Shown: positions 50,580 to 61,233, numbered from the stretch's first letter. The stretch: DNA of 64,000 bases from Alkalispirochaeta sp. (GCA_965601925.1 OZ271854.1:2752001-2816000), one strand, 5' to 3'. A program made the numbers and translations. Notes: generated by a model from the letters alone, not told the origin.

Positions 50580-51871
50580 GCGAGCGCTTCCGCGGCGCGG
50601 AAGATCTCTTCATACAGTTCCGGGAGATCCGCGGCGTCGATGCCGGCAAAGGCGATGCGAAGGTAGCGATCCTTCACGGCGATCGTCCCTACGCCGCGCT
50701 CCAAAAGGGCGCGACGAAGCGCCTCGGCGCTCTGACCGACACACCGAAAGCTCATAAAGTACCCGGAGTTACACGGTAGGGGCTGCAGGGAGGGCGCGCG
50801 ACCGGCGTCGCGTTGACCCTCTAGTATACCTTGGAGCGTCGTGAAACGGCCCCGGAGCAACTCGTACGCCTCGCGCTTCTGGTCGTAATAATCCGTATGG
50901 TTGAGGGCCCGTAGGAGAAGGGATTGGGAAAGCATGCTCGAGTTGCTGACCATGGAGCGGACGGCGCCGGTAAGCTTCTGCTCGACGGCGCGGGCGTGGT
51001 CGTCGGTCATGCCTTGGAAGGCGATGGTTACGAACCCTACGCGAAAACCCCATACATAGTCCTCCTTCGTCGCGCCGTCGACCTTGACGGCCAGGAGGTT
51101 CGGGTGCGCGGAGGCGAGGAGGCTGAAGATCGACTGCGGAAACACGTCGGATTCGTAAAAGAGCCCGAAGTACGCATCATCGCATATCACGACCACGGGT
51201 ACCGAGTCGGCGACGGCGAGTAACGTATCTTTGATGAACGCCGCATCGTCGGCGGTCGGTGTGAATCCGGCCGGATTGTTGGGGAAATTGAGTAGCACCG
51301 TGAGACGGCCCGTCTCGGCGACGCGGCGAACGCCTTCCGCAAATCCGCCGCGGTTGAACGTCCCCGACTCGTCGAAGAAAGGGAACTCCTGCATGCGACA
51401 GCGTCGACGTTCGCCGAACATCAAGTTGTAATTACCCCAGAAAAGATCGGGGAGGAGGAGCACCTCGTCGGCGTCGGTAAACAGATCCGCCGCGACCATG
51501 AGACCGGCGGTCAGACCGGGCACGACCATCGGATTGGTGGTCGTCACGCCCTCCAGCGACGGGTTCTTACGGACCATCTCCTGCCTCCAGCGCGCTCGGA
51601 GAGCGCCGACCCCGCCGGTGGGAGCGTAGGCGACAGACTCGGCGGTGGGTACGTTCTGGACTAAGCCGCGAATCAGCGGAAGCGTCATCGGTACACCGTC
51701 GGCATACGCCATCCCGACCGTCGCATTGAAACGGTGCGCGCGCTCCTTGGCCTCCGCCGCCTGCGCCACGATGCCCTTTGGGAAGTACATGCGGCGCCCC
51801 AAGTCGGAGAGCACGGTAGAGACGATCGTGTCGGCCAGTTGTGTGTTGAGCTGTTCCGCCAGAGTGTTCAT
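50576..51871 (-). CDS. Class I/II PLP aminotransferase
   Basis: NFPNNPAG, CDDAYFG, DGATKEDYVWGFRVG. Confidence 0.88.
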   Translation of the reverse strand: MNTLAEQLNTQLADTIVSTVLSDLGRRMYFPKGIVAQAAEAKERAHRFNATVGMAYADGVPMTLPLIRGLVQNVPTAESVAYAPTGGVGALRARWRQEMVRKNPSLEGVTTTNPMVVPGLTAGLMVAADLFTDADEVLLLPDLFWGNYNLMFGERRRCRMQEFPFFDESGTFNRGGFAEGVRRVAETGRLTVLLNFPNNPAGFTPTADDAAFIKDTLLAVADSVPVVVICDDAYFGLFYESDVFPQSIFSLLASAHPNLLAVKVDGATKEDYVWGFRVGFVTIAFQGMTDDHARAVEQKLTGAVRSMVSNSSMLSQSLLLRALNHTDYYDQKREAYELLRGRFTTLQGILEGQRDAGRAPSLQPLPCNSGYFMSFRCVGQSAEALRRALLERGVGTIAVKDRYLRIAFAGIDAADLPELYEEIFRAAEALA

Positions 51872-51933
51872 GGGAAAGACTATAAACGGTATGCGAATTG
51901 ACGGTAAAGGTCGCTATAGCGTAAGGTATTTGA

Positions 51934-53487
51934 GTGTCCGACAGTCGTAGCAACCCTGAGTCATCGGGATTTTTTCAACGTATTTTCGCGAGTCTATTTC
52001 GGGTAGCGGACCCCGAGCGAGAGAAACGCCGGATGTTGAAAAACATCGGGAAAAGCCTCTCCAAGGATCGCTACAAGTTTTACAAGCCGCGTTCGGCGGA
52101 GATACAACCGAACTTCGCGCGTTTTCTGTACGAAATCTACAAGTCAATTTATGCGGTACGCAAGCTCGTGCAGCCCAGCGATACCTCCGGCGCTCTGCGC
52201 ATGGTGGTCATCGAGATAAGTCTCAATCGACAGCAGGCGGAGCTCCGCGATCAACTCGATGAGAAGAGCATTCGAGAACAGGCTCGTACGATGGACGTCA
52301 AGGATGTGGCCGAACACGTCAAAAAAGTCATGATCGACTTTGTCGGAACCTTTGACGCCTCTCGCGTGAAGAAGATCAACGCGTTGTACGGCAATCTCAA
52401 GGCGTTTATCGCGTTTTGCCATTTCGACTTCTACTTCACCCTTAAAAAGTTCGACTCCGCGGTAAGCGAGGATTCCTTCACCTATAAGCCGCGTTTCGAG
52501 ACGATCGACGCCGAGTACGTTCTGGACGACATTCGCGATTTCCTCGAGGTCGCCGCTGCGCTTCCGAGCGATACCGACTGGGATACCCTCTTCGACCTGC
52601 TTTCCAACTATCGCAACGTGGAGGTTGTGGACCGAGCGCAGTGGCAAAAGATAACGCGGACGCTCTTTCAGGTTCTCAATAGCGGCGTGTTGGAACAGGT
52701 CGTCCAACACGCCTCAAGCGATCCGAACTGGCTCTCCTCGTCGAGCACTCAAGGCGGACGGATCGTAGAGCCCTATCTCAATGAGATGCGCAACGGCGTC
52801 GAGAAGACGCTGCAGAAGATCGCCGACGAACGACGTAACAACAAGATCGAACAGCTGGTAAAGCATGTGTTCGGTACGACCGTCGTGGCGAGGACGAAAC
52901 ACTACACTACTAAGGCGAACGTCATGTTCCAAAAGATCGACGCCGCCGGATTTCTCTATACCGACGCGCTCAACTATCTCAAAGCGTATCTGTTGGACTT
53001 TTTCAAGAAGGACGTCCGCGACGTCGTGCAGGACATTCTGATCGTCCGCGGCAAGTGGACGACGCAAATTCAATCGCAGCAGATATCCGATGCGTATCAC
53101 GGCGTGCTGTCTGTCTCGGAGCAGATCATCCGGATCGACGACAATCTTGCCGAGGAGGGAGAGATCGGACAGAAGCTTCGTCGTGCGATGGGACGAGTAG
53201 TCGATCGCGACGCGAGCACGCACAAACTGGTCCGTGACCTTCTGGAGCAGATTAACGGTAACGTGCTGCGCCTTATCAACGAGGGCGCTCAGAATCTCAT
53301 TATCATCGGGAAGAGCCTGAAGAGCCTCATAGATGATGTCGATCGCAAAGAGCACCAGATGATCATCAATTGGAAAGAGCTCGACTTGATGATCGAGGAG
53401 TCGCTCAAGGATCGTATGAGTGCGATGTATCGCCAAATCTACCATCTCGTGCAGCTGTTGCAGGTGTACGCGGGCAAGAAGGGATAG
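51934..53487 (+). CDS. Conserved helical protein (DUF5312-like)
   Basis: 517-aa ORF, FDFYFTLKKFD motif; family assignment from memory. Confidence 0.6.
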   Translation: MSDSRSNPESSGFFQRIFASLFRVADPEREKRRMLKNIGKSLSKDRYKFYKPRSAEIQPNFARFLYEIYKSIYAVRKLVQPSDTSGALRMVVIEISLNRQQAELRDQLDEKSIREQARTMDVKDVAEHVKKVMIDFVGTFDASRVKKINALYGNLKAFIAFCHFDFYFTLKKFDSAVSEDSFTYKPRFETIDAEYVLDDIRDFLEVAAALPSDTDWDTLFDLLSNYRNVEVVDRAQWQKITRTLFQVLNSGVLEQVVQHASSDPNWLSSSSTQGGRIVEPYLNEMRNGVEKTLQKIADERRNNKIEQLVKHVFGTTVVARTKHYTTKANVMFQKIDAAGFLYTDALNYLKAYLLDFFKKDVRDVVQDILIVRGKWTTQIQSQQISDAYHGVLSVSEQIIRIDDNLAEEGEIGQKLRRAMGRVVDRDASTHKLVRDLLEQINGNVLRLINEGAQNLIIIGKSLKSLIDDVDRKEHQMIINWKELDLMIEESLKDRMSAMYRQIYHLVQLLQVYAGKKG

Positions 53488-53491
53488 ACGA

Positions 53492-54010
53492 CTACAGCGC
53501 GCCCTCCAGACGTAGCAATTGCCTCTTGATACGTCGTCCGCGTTCGCCGTCCATGGTGCGTCGCGCATATCCGCCGATGTCGCCGCTGGAGGTAATGATA
53601 CGGTGGCACGGGACGACGATGACGACCGGATTCATACCGACGGCATTTCCCACCGCCTGGGCCGCATCACGGCGGCCGATTTTTTGCGCCAGGGTCGCGT
53701 AGCTCATCGTCGACCCGTAACTGATCTTGCGCATCCGGTTCCATACGGCGCGCTGAAAACTCGTTCCTTCGAAAAATACGTCCAGTGAGAAGTGTAGGCT
53801 TTCTCCGGCAAAGTACTCATCGAGTTGATACTCGAGCTCTCCGCAGGCGTACTTGTTGATCTCCCATGAACCCGGATGAAGCTGGTCGAGGAAGTCGGCA
53901 TAACTCACCCGGTGTACCACGCCCGCGCGGTCTACGCCGAGGTACAGCGTCCCGACCGGCGACTCGTAGCGGTGTGTATAGAGGTACTCCACGGACCGAT
54001 ATGGTAGCAT
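53492..54010 (-). CDS. ogt: Methylated-DNA--protein-cysteine methyltransferase
   Basis: GTSFQ..VW, AVGNA, NP..IVVPCHRII. Confidence 0.93.
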   Translation of the reverse strand: MLPYRSVEYLYTHRYESPVGTLYLGVDRAGVVHRVSYADFLDQLHPGSWEINKYACGELEYQLDEYFAGESLHFSLDVFFEGTSFQRAVWNRMRKISYGSTMSYATLAQKIGRRDAAQAVGNAVGMNPVVIVVPCHRIITSSGDIGGYARRTMDGERGRRIKRQLLRLEGAL

Positions 54011-54207
54011 TGCGTTTCACGCCCGATCAAGAACGGTGGAGGAGGCGATTCGTCTCGTCGTCGAGTACCGCAAGACCGCCCCGGCACGGTCTCTCTCATG
54101 ATGCGCTCAGCCGGATGATGCTCTGCGCGTACGGGACGTCCTGCGAATGATTGACGCCGTCGATCGGCGATGCTTTACGGTCGAGCGTGCGCCGCATGTC
54201 GCGTTCG

Positions 54208-55353
54208 TTACCGATGAGAGGAACTCGGTGCGACACTCTCCGTCGAGACGTCCTCAACCGTATTGCGGATGAGCTCCTTGAGCTCGTTGATACCGGTTCC
54301 GTTTCGCGCAGAGGTGTGCACCACCGGTACCTCCGGGCGGTCCAAATCGATGAGCTCGGCTCCGGCGGCGAGCTCGCCCGCTCGATCCATCTTATTTACG
54401 ACCAAAAGGTGCGGGACGCTGTCGGCGCCGATGGAAGAGAGTACTCCACGGGTGACGCGAAGGTGCTCAGGAGCTTCGGGATCGGCGGCGTCGACGACGA
54501 TGAGAAGCAGATTCGCGTCGACGACTTCCTCCAGAGTCGAGTGAAATGCCTCGACCAACTCCGGCGGTAAGCGACGCACGAAGCCGACGGTGTCGCTCAA
54601 GAGAACCGTCGTTTCCGGAGAGAGGTAGAGGCGGCGGGTTGCCGGATCCAGGGTTGCGAAGAGTTGGTCGGCAACGTGTACCTCCGTCGCGGTGAGGGCG
54701 TTCATCAGCGACGACTTGCCGGCGTTGGTGTAGCCTACGAGGGCGACGCGAAAAAGACCGTCACGTCCTTTGCGCCGCAGCGACCGTTGGCGGCCGACAT
54801 GTGCGAGGGCGCGCTTAGCACGCCGGACTCGGCGTGCAAGCTGGCGGCGGTCCATTTCGATCTGCGTTTCGCCCTCGCCGCGCGCCAAGCGGCTGCCGCC
54901 CCCTTGCCGCGAGAGATGCTGCCACATTCCCACCAGATGCGACTGTGCGTACTGAGCGCGCGCAAGCTCGACCTGGAGCTGCGCCTCTCGACTCCGCGCA
55001 CGACGGGAAAAGATCTCGAGGATTATCGCGTGGCGGTCGTAGATCTCCAGTTGCGATATGCGCGCCCAATTGCGCAGCTGCACCGGAGAGAGGGGAAGAT
55101 CGAATACGATGATACCGGCCCGCTGCTCGTGCGCGTTCCTGACGGTGCGGTCTACCTGTCCCGAGCCCAGATATGTCGACGAGCGGGGGGAACGAACGCG
55201 TACTACCTCCGAGCCCACGGGGAGAAGTCCGGCGGCGAGGCAGAGAAACTCCAGCTCCTTCAGACTCGCCTCGACCGCGAGGCGATTCTCGAGTGAGAAG
55301 GGACCGATGAGATAACAACGATTGTCGGATGCGGACGTGTCGTGTAGGCTCAA
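54208..55353 (-). CDS. hflX: GTPase HflX
   Basis: EAQLQVELA, GYTNAGKSS, LFATLD, DTVGF, NKMD. Confidence 0.95.
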   Translation of the reverse strand: MSLHDTSASDNRCYLIGPFSLENRLAVEASLKELEFLCLAAGLLPVGSEVVRVRSPRSSTYLGSGQVDRTVRNAHEQRAGIIVFDLPLSPVQLRNWARISQLEIYDRHAIILEIFSRRARSREAQLQVELARAQYAQSHLVGMWQHLSRQGGGSRLARGEGETQIEMDRRQLARRVRRAKRALAHVGRQRSLRRKGRDGLFRVALVGYTNAGKSSLMNALTATEVHVADQLFATLDPATRRLYLSPETTVLLSDTVGFVRRLPPELVEAFHSTLEEVVDANLLLIVVDAADPEAPEHLRVTRGVLSSIGADSVPHLLVVNKMDRAGELAAGAELIDLDRPEVPVVHTSARNGTGINELKELIRNTVEDVSTESVAPSSSHR

Positions 55354-55435
55354 TGATTCTCTTCGATCGTGCGGCGAGTCCCCGACGCCGATCGATCGAC
55401 GTCGGGGAAAAGCCGTCGTATGGTGCTTCGGCGCA

Positions 55436-56200
55436 TTACAGGATCATCGCCGACCGACCCCAGTCGTAGTGGTCGCGGCGAATCGCGTCCAGATCGGGCA
55501 TCGGATAGAAAAGCATCTTTTTGCCGTCACCGGCGTACAACCCGTCGCGAATGATCTGATACGAGAACGAACTTACCGAACGCTCCACGTTTTTGTTCGG
55601 CTTGTCGGGTTTGGTCGTCACGTCCCGTACGCACGCCTTGAGATGCTCGAGGTTTCGATCGTACGTCGCGCCGATGTTTCCCGTCTTCGTCTCGTCCTCA
55701 AAGTCGACTACTTTGAGATCGCTGAAGATCACCGTCGGTACGGAAACGTGGTTGGACGGATCGGTCATGAAGCCGGCGAACTCCGTCGGCGGAAGGGCGC
55801 TCACTACCAACGGCGTAAGGGGAGCCAACTCTTGATAGACGTAAAAGGGTCGCTTCTCTTGAGGGACCATCTCCGTGCGCTCCAAAGAGAGCGACCGGCC
55901 GTCTTTCGTGGTGAGATACATCCGTCCCATCGCCTCCAACGGAACGTGTTCCACGACGCGGTAGACGCTCATCCATACCGAATGCTTGGGCTCGCCGTCG
56001 GGGTGTGCGACGCATTGTTTTGCCGCATAATCCCAATCAAAGTAGTCGCCGAATCCACCTTCGAGTTCCATGAACATGATCCGCTCGTAGGACCCGTTTT
56101 TCGATCCGATCGCCATATACGTGCCGAACTGCTCCGGTTCGAGTTGGGACGCGATAAGCGCTTCGATTGGAGAAAACGACAGATAAAAGTGAGTTTGCAT
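55436..56200 (-). CDS. Hypothetical protein with internal duplication
   Basis: 254-aa ORF, RBS GAGG, two similar halves. Confidence 0.75.
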   Translation of the reverse strand: MQTHFYLSFSPIEALIASQLEPEQFGTYMAIGSKNGSYERIMFMELEGGFGDYFDWDYAAKQCVAHPDGEPKHSVWMSVYRVVEHVPLEAMGRMYLTTKDGRSLSLERTEMVPQEKRPFYVYQELAPLTPLVVSALPPTEFAGFMTDPSNHVSVPTVIFSDLKVVDFEDETKTGNIGATYDRNLEHLKACVRDVTTKPDKPNKNVERSVSSFSYQIIRDGLYAGDGKKMLFYPMPDLDAIRRDHYDWGRSAMIL

Positions 56201-56319
56201 TGTCGCGGTTACCTCTTGGTCCCATCGTATGGCATGGTCGATGGGTTTGTAAAGTTTGACCTTTTCTCGACGCGGAGACGCCGCTGCATCATACGACCGT
56301 TCTCGTGTATCATAACCGG

Positions 56320-56523
56320 GTGAACCGAAACGGTAGCGGCGCCGGAGCGGCGCCCAACTGTCTGCAGTGTAAGCACTTCACCGTGACGTGGAATCCCCGC
56401 TATCCTCGGGGTTGCGCCGTGTTCGGTATCAAAACCGCTCGGCTACCGAGCCTCGTCGTCTTTGAAAATACCGGACGACACTGTCCCGCGTTCGATCCGA
56501 CCCCGGCGCACCGCCGGTCATAG
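56320..56523 (+). CDS. Small Cys-rich putative metal-binding protein
   Basis: CLQCKHF.VTW.P..PRGC..FG.K...PS..V...G..C. Confidence 0.75.
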   Translation: MNRNGSGAGAAPNCLQCKHFTVTWNPRYPRGCAVFGIKTARLPSLVVFENTGRHCPAFDPTPAHRRS

Positions 56524-56541
56524 CGCCTGTCCTTCGTGCGC

Positions 56542-57504
56542 TCACCGACGATAGGCGTTCCAACTCGTCTCGACCAACGTATCCAGGTCGCTGAAGCGGG
56601 CGCTCCATCCGAGGGTGGAGCGCGCCTCGGCCGCGGTCGCCACCAACTTGGCGGGGTCGCCCGGGCGCCTCGAGGTGATCTCCGCGGGGATAGCGCGACC
56701 GCTGATTCGTCGCGCCGCCTCCACGATTTCTAAGACGCTCAAACCCACCTCGCTTCCGAGATTGACGACGAGGGAAGTATCGTTCGTATCGATGTGCCTG
56801 AGCGCCGCGACGTGGGCGGCGGCCAGATCGGTGACGTGGATGTAGTCACGCACCCCGGTGCCGTCCTGGGTCTGGTAGTCGTCGCCGAAAATCAGGAGCT
56901 TGTCGCGCATTCCCGCGGCTACCTCCATGATGACCGGTAGCAGGTTGGCCGGATTCTGCTCGAGGCCCTTGACGCGACCCTGGGGATCGTACCCCGCAGC
57001 GTTGAAGTACCGCAGCGCCGCGTAGCGTATCCCTTTGAGGCGGTCGTACCACTCCATGACGCGCTCGATTTCGAGCTTGGAGAAACCGTAAAAGTTCTCG
57101 GGGCGCGTCGGGTGCGCCTCGTCGATGGGCAGGTACTCCGGCTCGCCGTAGACCGCTGCGCTGGATGAGAAGACCAGGCGCGTGATGCCCGCCTCGGCCG
57201 CGGTATTGAGAATGTTGATCGTGCCGTTGATGTTGTTGATCGCATACTTTTCCGGACGGATCATCGATTCGCCGGCGGCCTTGAAGGCGGCCAAATGCAC
57301 GATTGCGTCGTGACCGGCCATCGCCGAACGCAGCTGGTCCGTCTGCAGAATGTCGCCGTGCACGAACTGCGCTCCACTCTGGAGATTGATCCGCAACCCG
57401 CTTGCGAGGTTATCGAATACCGTTACCGAGTACGCTGCGTCGAGGAGCTCGCGTACTACATGACTGCCGATGTACCCGGCGCCGCCGATGACCAATACGT
57501 TCAC
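56542..57504 (-). CDS. galE: UDP-glucose 4-epimerase
   Basis: GGAGYIGSH, FSSSAAVYG, YGFSK, LRYFNAAG, RDYIHV. Confidence 0.95.
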   Translation of the reverse strand: MNVLVIGGAGYIGSHVVRELLDAAYSVTVFDNLASGLRINLQSGAQFVHGDILQTDQLRSAMAGHDAIVHLAAFKAAGESMIRPEKYAINNINGTINILNTAAEAGITRLVFSSSAAVYGEPEYLPIDEAHPTRPENFYGFSKLEIERVMEWYDRLKGIRYAALRYFNAAGYDPQGRVKGLEQNPANLLPVIMEVAAGMRDKLLIFGDDYQTQDGTGVRDYIHVTDLAAAHVAALRHIDTNDTSLVVNLGSEVGLSVLEIVEAARRISGRAIPAEITSRRPGDPAKLVATAAEARSTLGWSARFSDLDTLVETSWNAYRR

Positions 57505-57756
57505 AAAGACGGAGCCTATTCCCTCTCTCGCCGACGGTCAAGCGGTGCGGCGCGCTCTCGAAGGCGTGTGTATAGACGTGTTGCGGCCGGGCAGCCGTGT
57601 CCCCGAACTCAGCAGACGCATGCGTCTGAGGTCGCGCGGTGCCACGGCCGCCCGGCCCGGGCCGGTGTCACCCACGCTCGGGCGCGCTTGGTAGGCGCGC
57701 CGGCACCTTGGACGCATCGTGCGGTGATGGGTTAGCATACGGGCCAAGGAGCTCTC

Positions 57757-59073
57757 ATGGACTTTGACTTTTCGATTCCGACCCTCGGCACGCCCAAAAT
57801 CTCCTCTCCGATTCCCTACTCTCACGTCCGAGGTGATGATATCGCCAACTACGTGGACGATCGCGAGCGGGTACTCTACGACGTCGATATTCCGAATCCC
57901 GAAGCGGCCGCGGAGATCGGCAACGGGCTCCTAGAAAAGGCGGGGCCGCGCCACAAGATCTACTTTTCACCGGGGCACGTACACGCGGGAATCATCACCT
58001 GCGGCGGGCTATGCCCGGGATTGAACGACGTGCTGCGCGCCGTGACGCGATGTCTGTGGTATCGTTACGGTGTACGGCGCATCTCCGGCATCCGTTTCGG
58101 GTACTCCGGACTGCTCCCCGAGACGGCGGGCCCCACGATGGAACTCACTCCCGATGTAGTCGACGACATTCATAAGATCGGCGGAACGGTGCTCGGATCC
58201 AGTCGGGGAGGCGGAAACCGCACGGAGGATATCGTCGACTCTATCGAACGTCTCAACGTAAACGTGCTCTTTACGATCGGCGGCGACGGAACGCAAAAGG
58301 GGGCGTTGGCCATCGCGCACGAGATCGAGCGTCGGGGCCTCAAGATCGCCGTAATCGGCATACCCAAAACGATCGACAACGACTTCAGCTTCATCGAACG
58401 ATCGTTCGGGTTCGAGACGGCCGTTTCCGAGGCGACCCGCGTCGTCGCGGCCGCGCACACCGAGGCGAAATCGGCGGCCAACGGTATCGGATTGGTGAAG
58501 TTGATGGGACGGGAGAGCGGTTTTATCGCCGCCCACACCGCGTTGGCCAGCCACGAGGCCAACTTCGTGCTGATACCCGAAGTCCCATTCGAGTTGGACG
58601 GCGAAAAGGGCGTCTTCGCGCTTCTGGAGCAACGCCTCGAACGGCGCAATCACGCCGTCATTATCGTTGCGGAGGGGGCGGGACAGACGCTTTTACCGAA
58701 CAGCGACGACACGGACGCGAGCGGAAACAGGAGGCTTGCCGATATCGGCCTCTTTCTCAAACAGGCCATTAGCGATCACTTCACGGCACGCGGAGTGCCG
58801 TTCAGCTTGAAATACATCGATCCGAGTTACATCATCCGCAGCGCCGTCGCCGTTCCGACCGATAGCGTCTATTGCTCGCGATTGGGCAACAACGCCGTTC
58901 ACGCCGCCATGGCCGGGAAGACTCGAATGATCGTAGGGCTCGTCAACGACCATTTCGTCCATATCCCTATGGCCGTCGCCGTATCGCAACGCAAAAAGGT
59001 CGAGCCTGAGGGTAATTTGTGGCGCGACGTGCTTGAGAGCACGCATCAGCCGATCAGGATGTGCGATTGTTGA
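57757..59073 (+). CDS. pfkA: 6-phosphofructokinase, probably ATP-dependent (group II, clade X type)
   Basis: [38 protein letters not shown]. Confidence 0.93.
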   Translation: MDFDFSIPTLGTPKISSPIPYSHVRGDDIANYVDDRERVLYDVDIPNPEAAAEIGNGLLEKAGPRHKIYFSPGHVHAGIITCGGLCPGLNDVLRAVTRCLWYRYGVRRISGIRFGYSGLLPETAGPTMELTPDVVDDIHKIGGTVLGSSRGGGNRTEDIVDSIERLNVNVLFTIGGDGTQKGALAIAHEIERRGLKIAVIGIPKTIDNDFSFIERSFGFETAVSEATRVVAAAHTEAKSAANGIGLVKLMGRESGFIAAHTALASHEANFVLIPEVPFELDGEKGVFALLEQRLERRNHAVIIVAEGAGQTLLPNSDDTDASGNRRLADIGLFLKQAISDHFTARGVPFSLKYIDPSYIIRSAVAVPTDSVYCSRLGNNAVHAAMAGKTRMIVGLVNDHFVHIPMAVAVSQRKKVEPEGNLWRDVLESTHQPIRMCDC

Positions 59074-59159
59074 GACGAAAAAAACTTCGCCGATAGAGCG
59101 TTCAATGCGATACGACGCGGGCGTGGTTGATATGCGGTACCGGTGGTTTCATCGGCACG

Positions 59160-59190
59160 AAAAAAGGCCGGTACTCACTACCGACCTTTT
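59160..59190 (-). terminator. Intrinsic terminator (minus strand, possibly bidirectional)
   Basis: RNA GGUCGGUA-GUGAG-UACCGGCC-UUUUUU; the G-U pair favours the minus strand. Confidence 0.75.
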
Positions 59191-59378
59191 GGACTAACAC
59201 TTGTGTCCCACTACCGACGCGGTAGCGGTCGTAATCCTCGAAGAGTGCCGCATTGCGGCCGAAAGGGTTGAAAAACGTGCCGATCGATAGGTCGGTCCCA
59301 TCGACCGGCTTCTACCATCCGGCGGAATTTCTTCCACGACAGACCTCCACGATCGCTCCGTTTGAGCGATCATCTTAT
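59160..59378 (-). ncRNA. Candidate structured sRNA or sORF-bearing transcript
   Basis: Upstream TTGACA (59411-59406), several hairpins, 7 GGA motifs, terminator; contains a 47-codon ORF at 59337-59194. Confidence 0.35.
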
Positions 59379-59472
59379 TACCAATATTGCACCCGACGAC
59401 CGGTTTGTCAAACGCTCCGGCGATCTTTTTTTTGGATCAAAGCGTCCGTCGCCCACTCTTCGCGGGGCTCGG

Positions 59473-61050
59473 TTATACGACTCCAAGGAGCTTGGCGTAG
59501 GCGACCAGCTCGGCGCCGGGTTTGCCCGAGAGGAGCTCTTTGGTAAGGATTTTCCCCAACTGCACACCCTCCTGATCGAAGCTGTTGATGTTCCACGCGA
59601 AGCCCTGAAACATGACTTTGTTTTCGAAGTGGGATAGGAGCGCTCCCAACGCCTCGGGCGTCAGTCGGTCTCCGACGATCAGTGTCGACGGGCGCCCGCC
59701 GGCAAAACGTTTGTTAGCGTTTTCGTGGTCGCGGCCCATGGCAAAGGCGACGATCTGGGCCGCAAGATTGGCGTTGAGCTTTGTCTGGCTGGTGGAGTTG
59801 TCGAACTCGGTATCGCTACCGATCTGCGACGAACGAAACCCGATAAACTGAAGAGGCACGACATCGGTGCCCTGATGGAGAAGCTGATAAAAGCTGTGCT
59901 GTCCGTTGGTGCCCGGCTCGCCGAACACGACCGGGCCGGTCGCGTAGTCGATCGGTTCGCCGTTACGGTTAACACTCTTGCCGTTGGATTCCATATCGAG
60001 CTGTTGCAGGTGCGCGGGAAAGCGGCTCAACGCCTGGCTGTACGGAAGCACCGCCGTGGCGGGCAAACCCAGGACGTTGCGTTCGTATACTCCGATCATG
60101 GCGTCCAAAAGGGCGGCGTTGTTGCGGATGTTCGGTTCCAATGCGCGGCGATCGGCCTCGTGGGCTCCGTCGAGTAGTCGGGCGAATACCTCGGGACCGA
60201 AGGCGAGGGAGAGCACCACGCCGCCGACCGCGCTGGTAGCCGAGTAACGTCCACCGATGAAGTCGTCGATGAAGAACGCCTCGCGATAGGTCCCTGCGGT
60301 CGCCATCGGACTCGTCTCGGATGTAACGGCCACCGTCTGCGCCAGAATGTCCAGTCCGGGGCTCCGCTGTGCGGCCAACTCGCGTACGAATTGTTCGTTG
60401 GTGAGAGTCTCCTGCGTCGTGCCGCTCTTGCTCACAACGATAAACAGCGTTGTCGCGAAGTCGATATCGGCGAGTACCGCCGCCGCATCGTCGGGATCGA
60501 CGTTAGAGACGAAGCGCGCCTCGATCACGGGACGTACCCCGGCGGCGACGGCCCAATCCTTGAGGGCGAGATACAACGCCCGAGGCCCCAGGTCCGAACC
60601 GCCGATGCCGATCTGTACGACCGTACGAAACGGCATTCCGCCGCCGGCCGTTTCGCGCCCCTCGCGCACCCTACGCGCGAACTGTGCGACCCGCTGCTGT
60701 TCCGCGGAGTAGAACGAACGCTGATTCCGACCGTCGTACTCAACGTCCCGCCCCAGCTGTCCGCGCAAAAGGTGATGAAGAACGAGACGTCCTTCTCCGG
60801 TGTTCATCACCTCGCCCTCGGCGAGGGACCGGTATTTGTCGATGAGTTGTTGCTCGCCGGCCGTCGCCGCCAAGGCGTCGATTATCTCGTCGCCGACCGG
60901 GCTAGTTGCGTATGCAAAGCTCAAGCCGGCGGCGGAGTCGTTCCGCAGCGTTGCGATGCGATCTTCGGTAAGGCCGGTTACGTCGAACGGCGCGATCTTT
61001 TTGAGCGCCGCAAATGTCCGTGTAGCGGTAAGATTCTCGAATTTGAGCAT
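59473..61050 (-). CDS. pgi: Glucose-6-phosphate isomerase
   Basis: IGIGGSDLGP, SKSGTTQET, GGRYS, QQLDMESNGK, FDQEGVQLGK. Confidence 0.96.
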   Translation of the reverse strand: MLKFENLTATRTFAALKKIAPFDVTGLTEDRIATLRNDSAAGLSFAYATSPVGDEIIDALAATAGEQQLIDKYRSLAEGEVMNTGEGRLVLHHLLRGQLGRDVEYDGRNQRSFYSAEQQRVAQFARRVREGRETAGGGMPFRTVVQIGIGGSDLGPRALYLALKDWAVAAGVRPVIEARFVSNVDPDDAAAVLADIDFATTLFIVVSKSGTTQETLTNEQFVRELAAQRSPGLDILAQTVAVTSETSPMATAGTYREAFFIDDFIGGRYSATSAVGGVVLSLAFGPEVFARLLDGAHEADRRALEPNIRNNAALLDAMIGVYERNVLGLPATAVLPYSQALSRFPAHLQQLDMESNGKSVNRNGEPIDYATGPVVFGEPGTNGQHSFYQLLHQGTDVVPLQFIGFRSSQIGSDTEFDNSTSQTKLNANLAAQIVAFAMGRDHENANKRFAGGRPSTLIVGDRLTPEALGALLSHFENKVMFQGFAWNINSFDQEGVQLGKILTKELLSGKPGAELVAYAKLLGVV

Positions 61051-61233
61051 TGGAGCCTCCACGGCTTCAGCATATCGGGAGGAGCGGCGTACGGCAACGT
61101 CCGCCTCGGACACCGCGGGTGACATCGCATCCGCTAGGACGCGCGAATCGAGTCCGTCACCGCACCGCCGACGAATTCTGCTTCCCGCGAATACATCGCC
61201 GTACGACGCACGACGTCGGCGGTCCTGCCGTAA

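Noticed and set aside
54011..54207. Possible gene fragment between hflX and ogt
   Set aside because: Only short, motif-less frames; cannot be supported
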